NCBI GenBank assembly: GCA_043809585.1
Contig: JBDROZ010000066.1
Span: 1-44,134 of the forward strand
Direction: 5' to 3'
Length of the DNA stretch: 44,134 nucleotides
Source of the DNA: Candidatus Eiseniibacteriota bacterium
Lineage (GTDB): Bacteria; Orphanbacterota; Orphanbacteria; Orphanbacterales; Orphanbacteraceae
A model generated the notes under the pieces. It did no database searches. It was not told the origin of the DNA and saw only the letters and a list, made by a program, of their open reading frames with translations. The first letter of the stretch is position 1. Each line of letters begins with the position of its first letter. Position numbers and translations under genes: made by a program. Shown in pieces: positions 44,129-44,134 of the stretch.

Positions 44129-44134
44129 GCCTTC

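Noticed and set aside
44100-44134. tmRNA 3' end as an integration site
   Set aside because: Window ends 6 nt after CCA; nothing to evaluate

Overview
High-GC chromosomal window from a diderm bacterium. Gene content (C25/PorU-like protease with FlgD-type tail, secreted proteins ending in an 'SWGxxKxxFR' motif) suggests a Ca. Eisenbacteria/Krumholzibacteriota/Latescibacterota-type organism (inference). Almost all genes are on the minus strand. Left to right: a TSP3-repeat outer-membrane protein, DUF1844, a sigma54-preceded beta-helix protein, tRNA-Asp, a peptidoglycan-recycling operon (Na+/solute symporter-anmK-SpoIID/LytB-nagZ), a large C25 peptidase divergent from an FG-GAP protein, an operon of beta-helix/GT-C-TPR/sulfatase-like-TPR/TPR proteins, three separately promoted secreted proteins (two cohesin-like paralogues, one Ig-like plus dockerin-like), tRNA-Val, a long housekeeping run (yggS-yggT-divIVA-ileS-dksA-like-lspA-rluD-rsbV-rsbW-rsbU-ABC-ruvX-mltG-DUF3098), a divergent RelA/SpoT-like protein, a MITE-like palindromic element, a glutamine synthetase family gene and tmRNA. 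The best candidate novel system is a C-terminal sorting signal shared by three secreted proteins, together with a cohesin/dockerin-like scaffold and nearby candidate sortase and glycosylation enzymes. All family calls come from motif recognition, not database searches.
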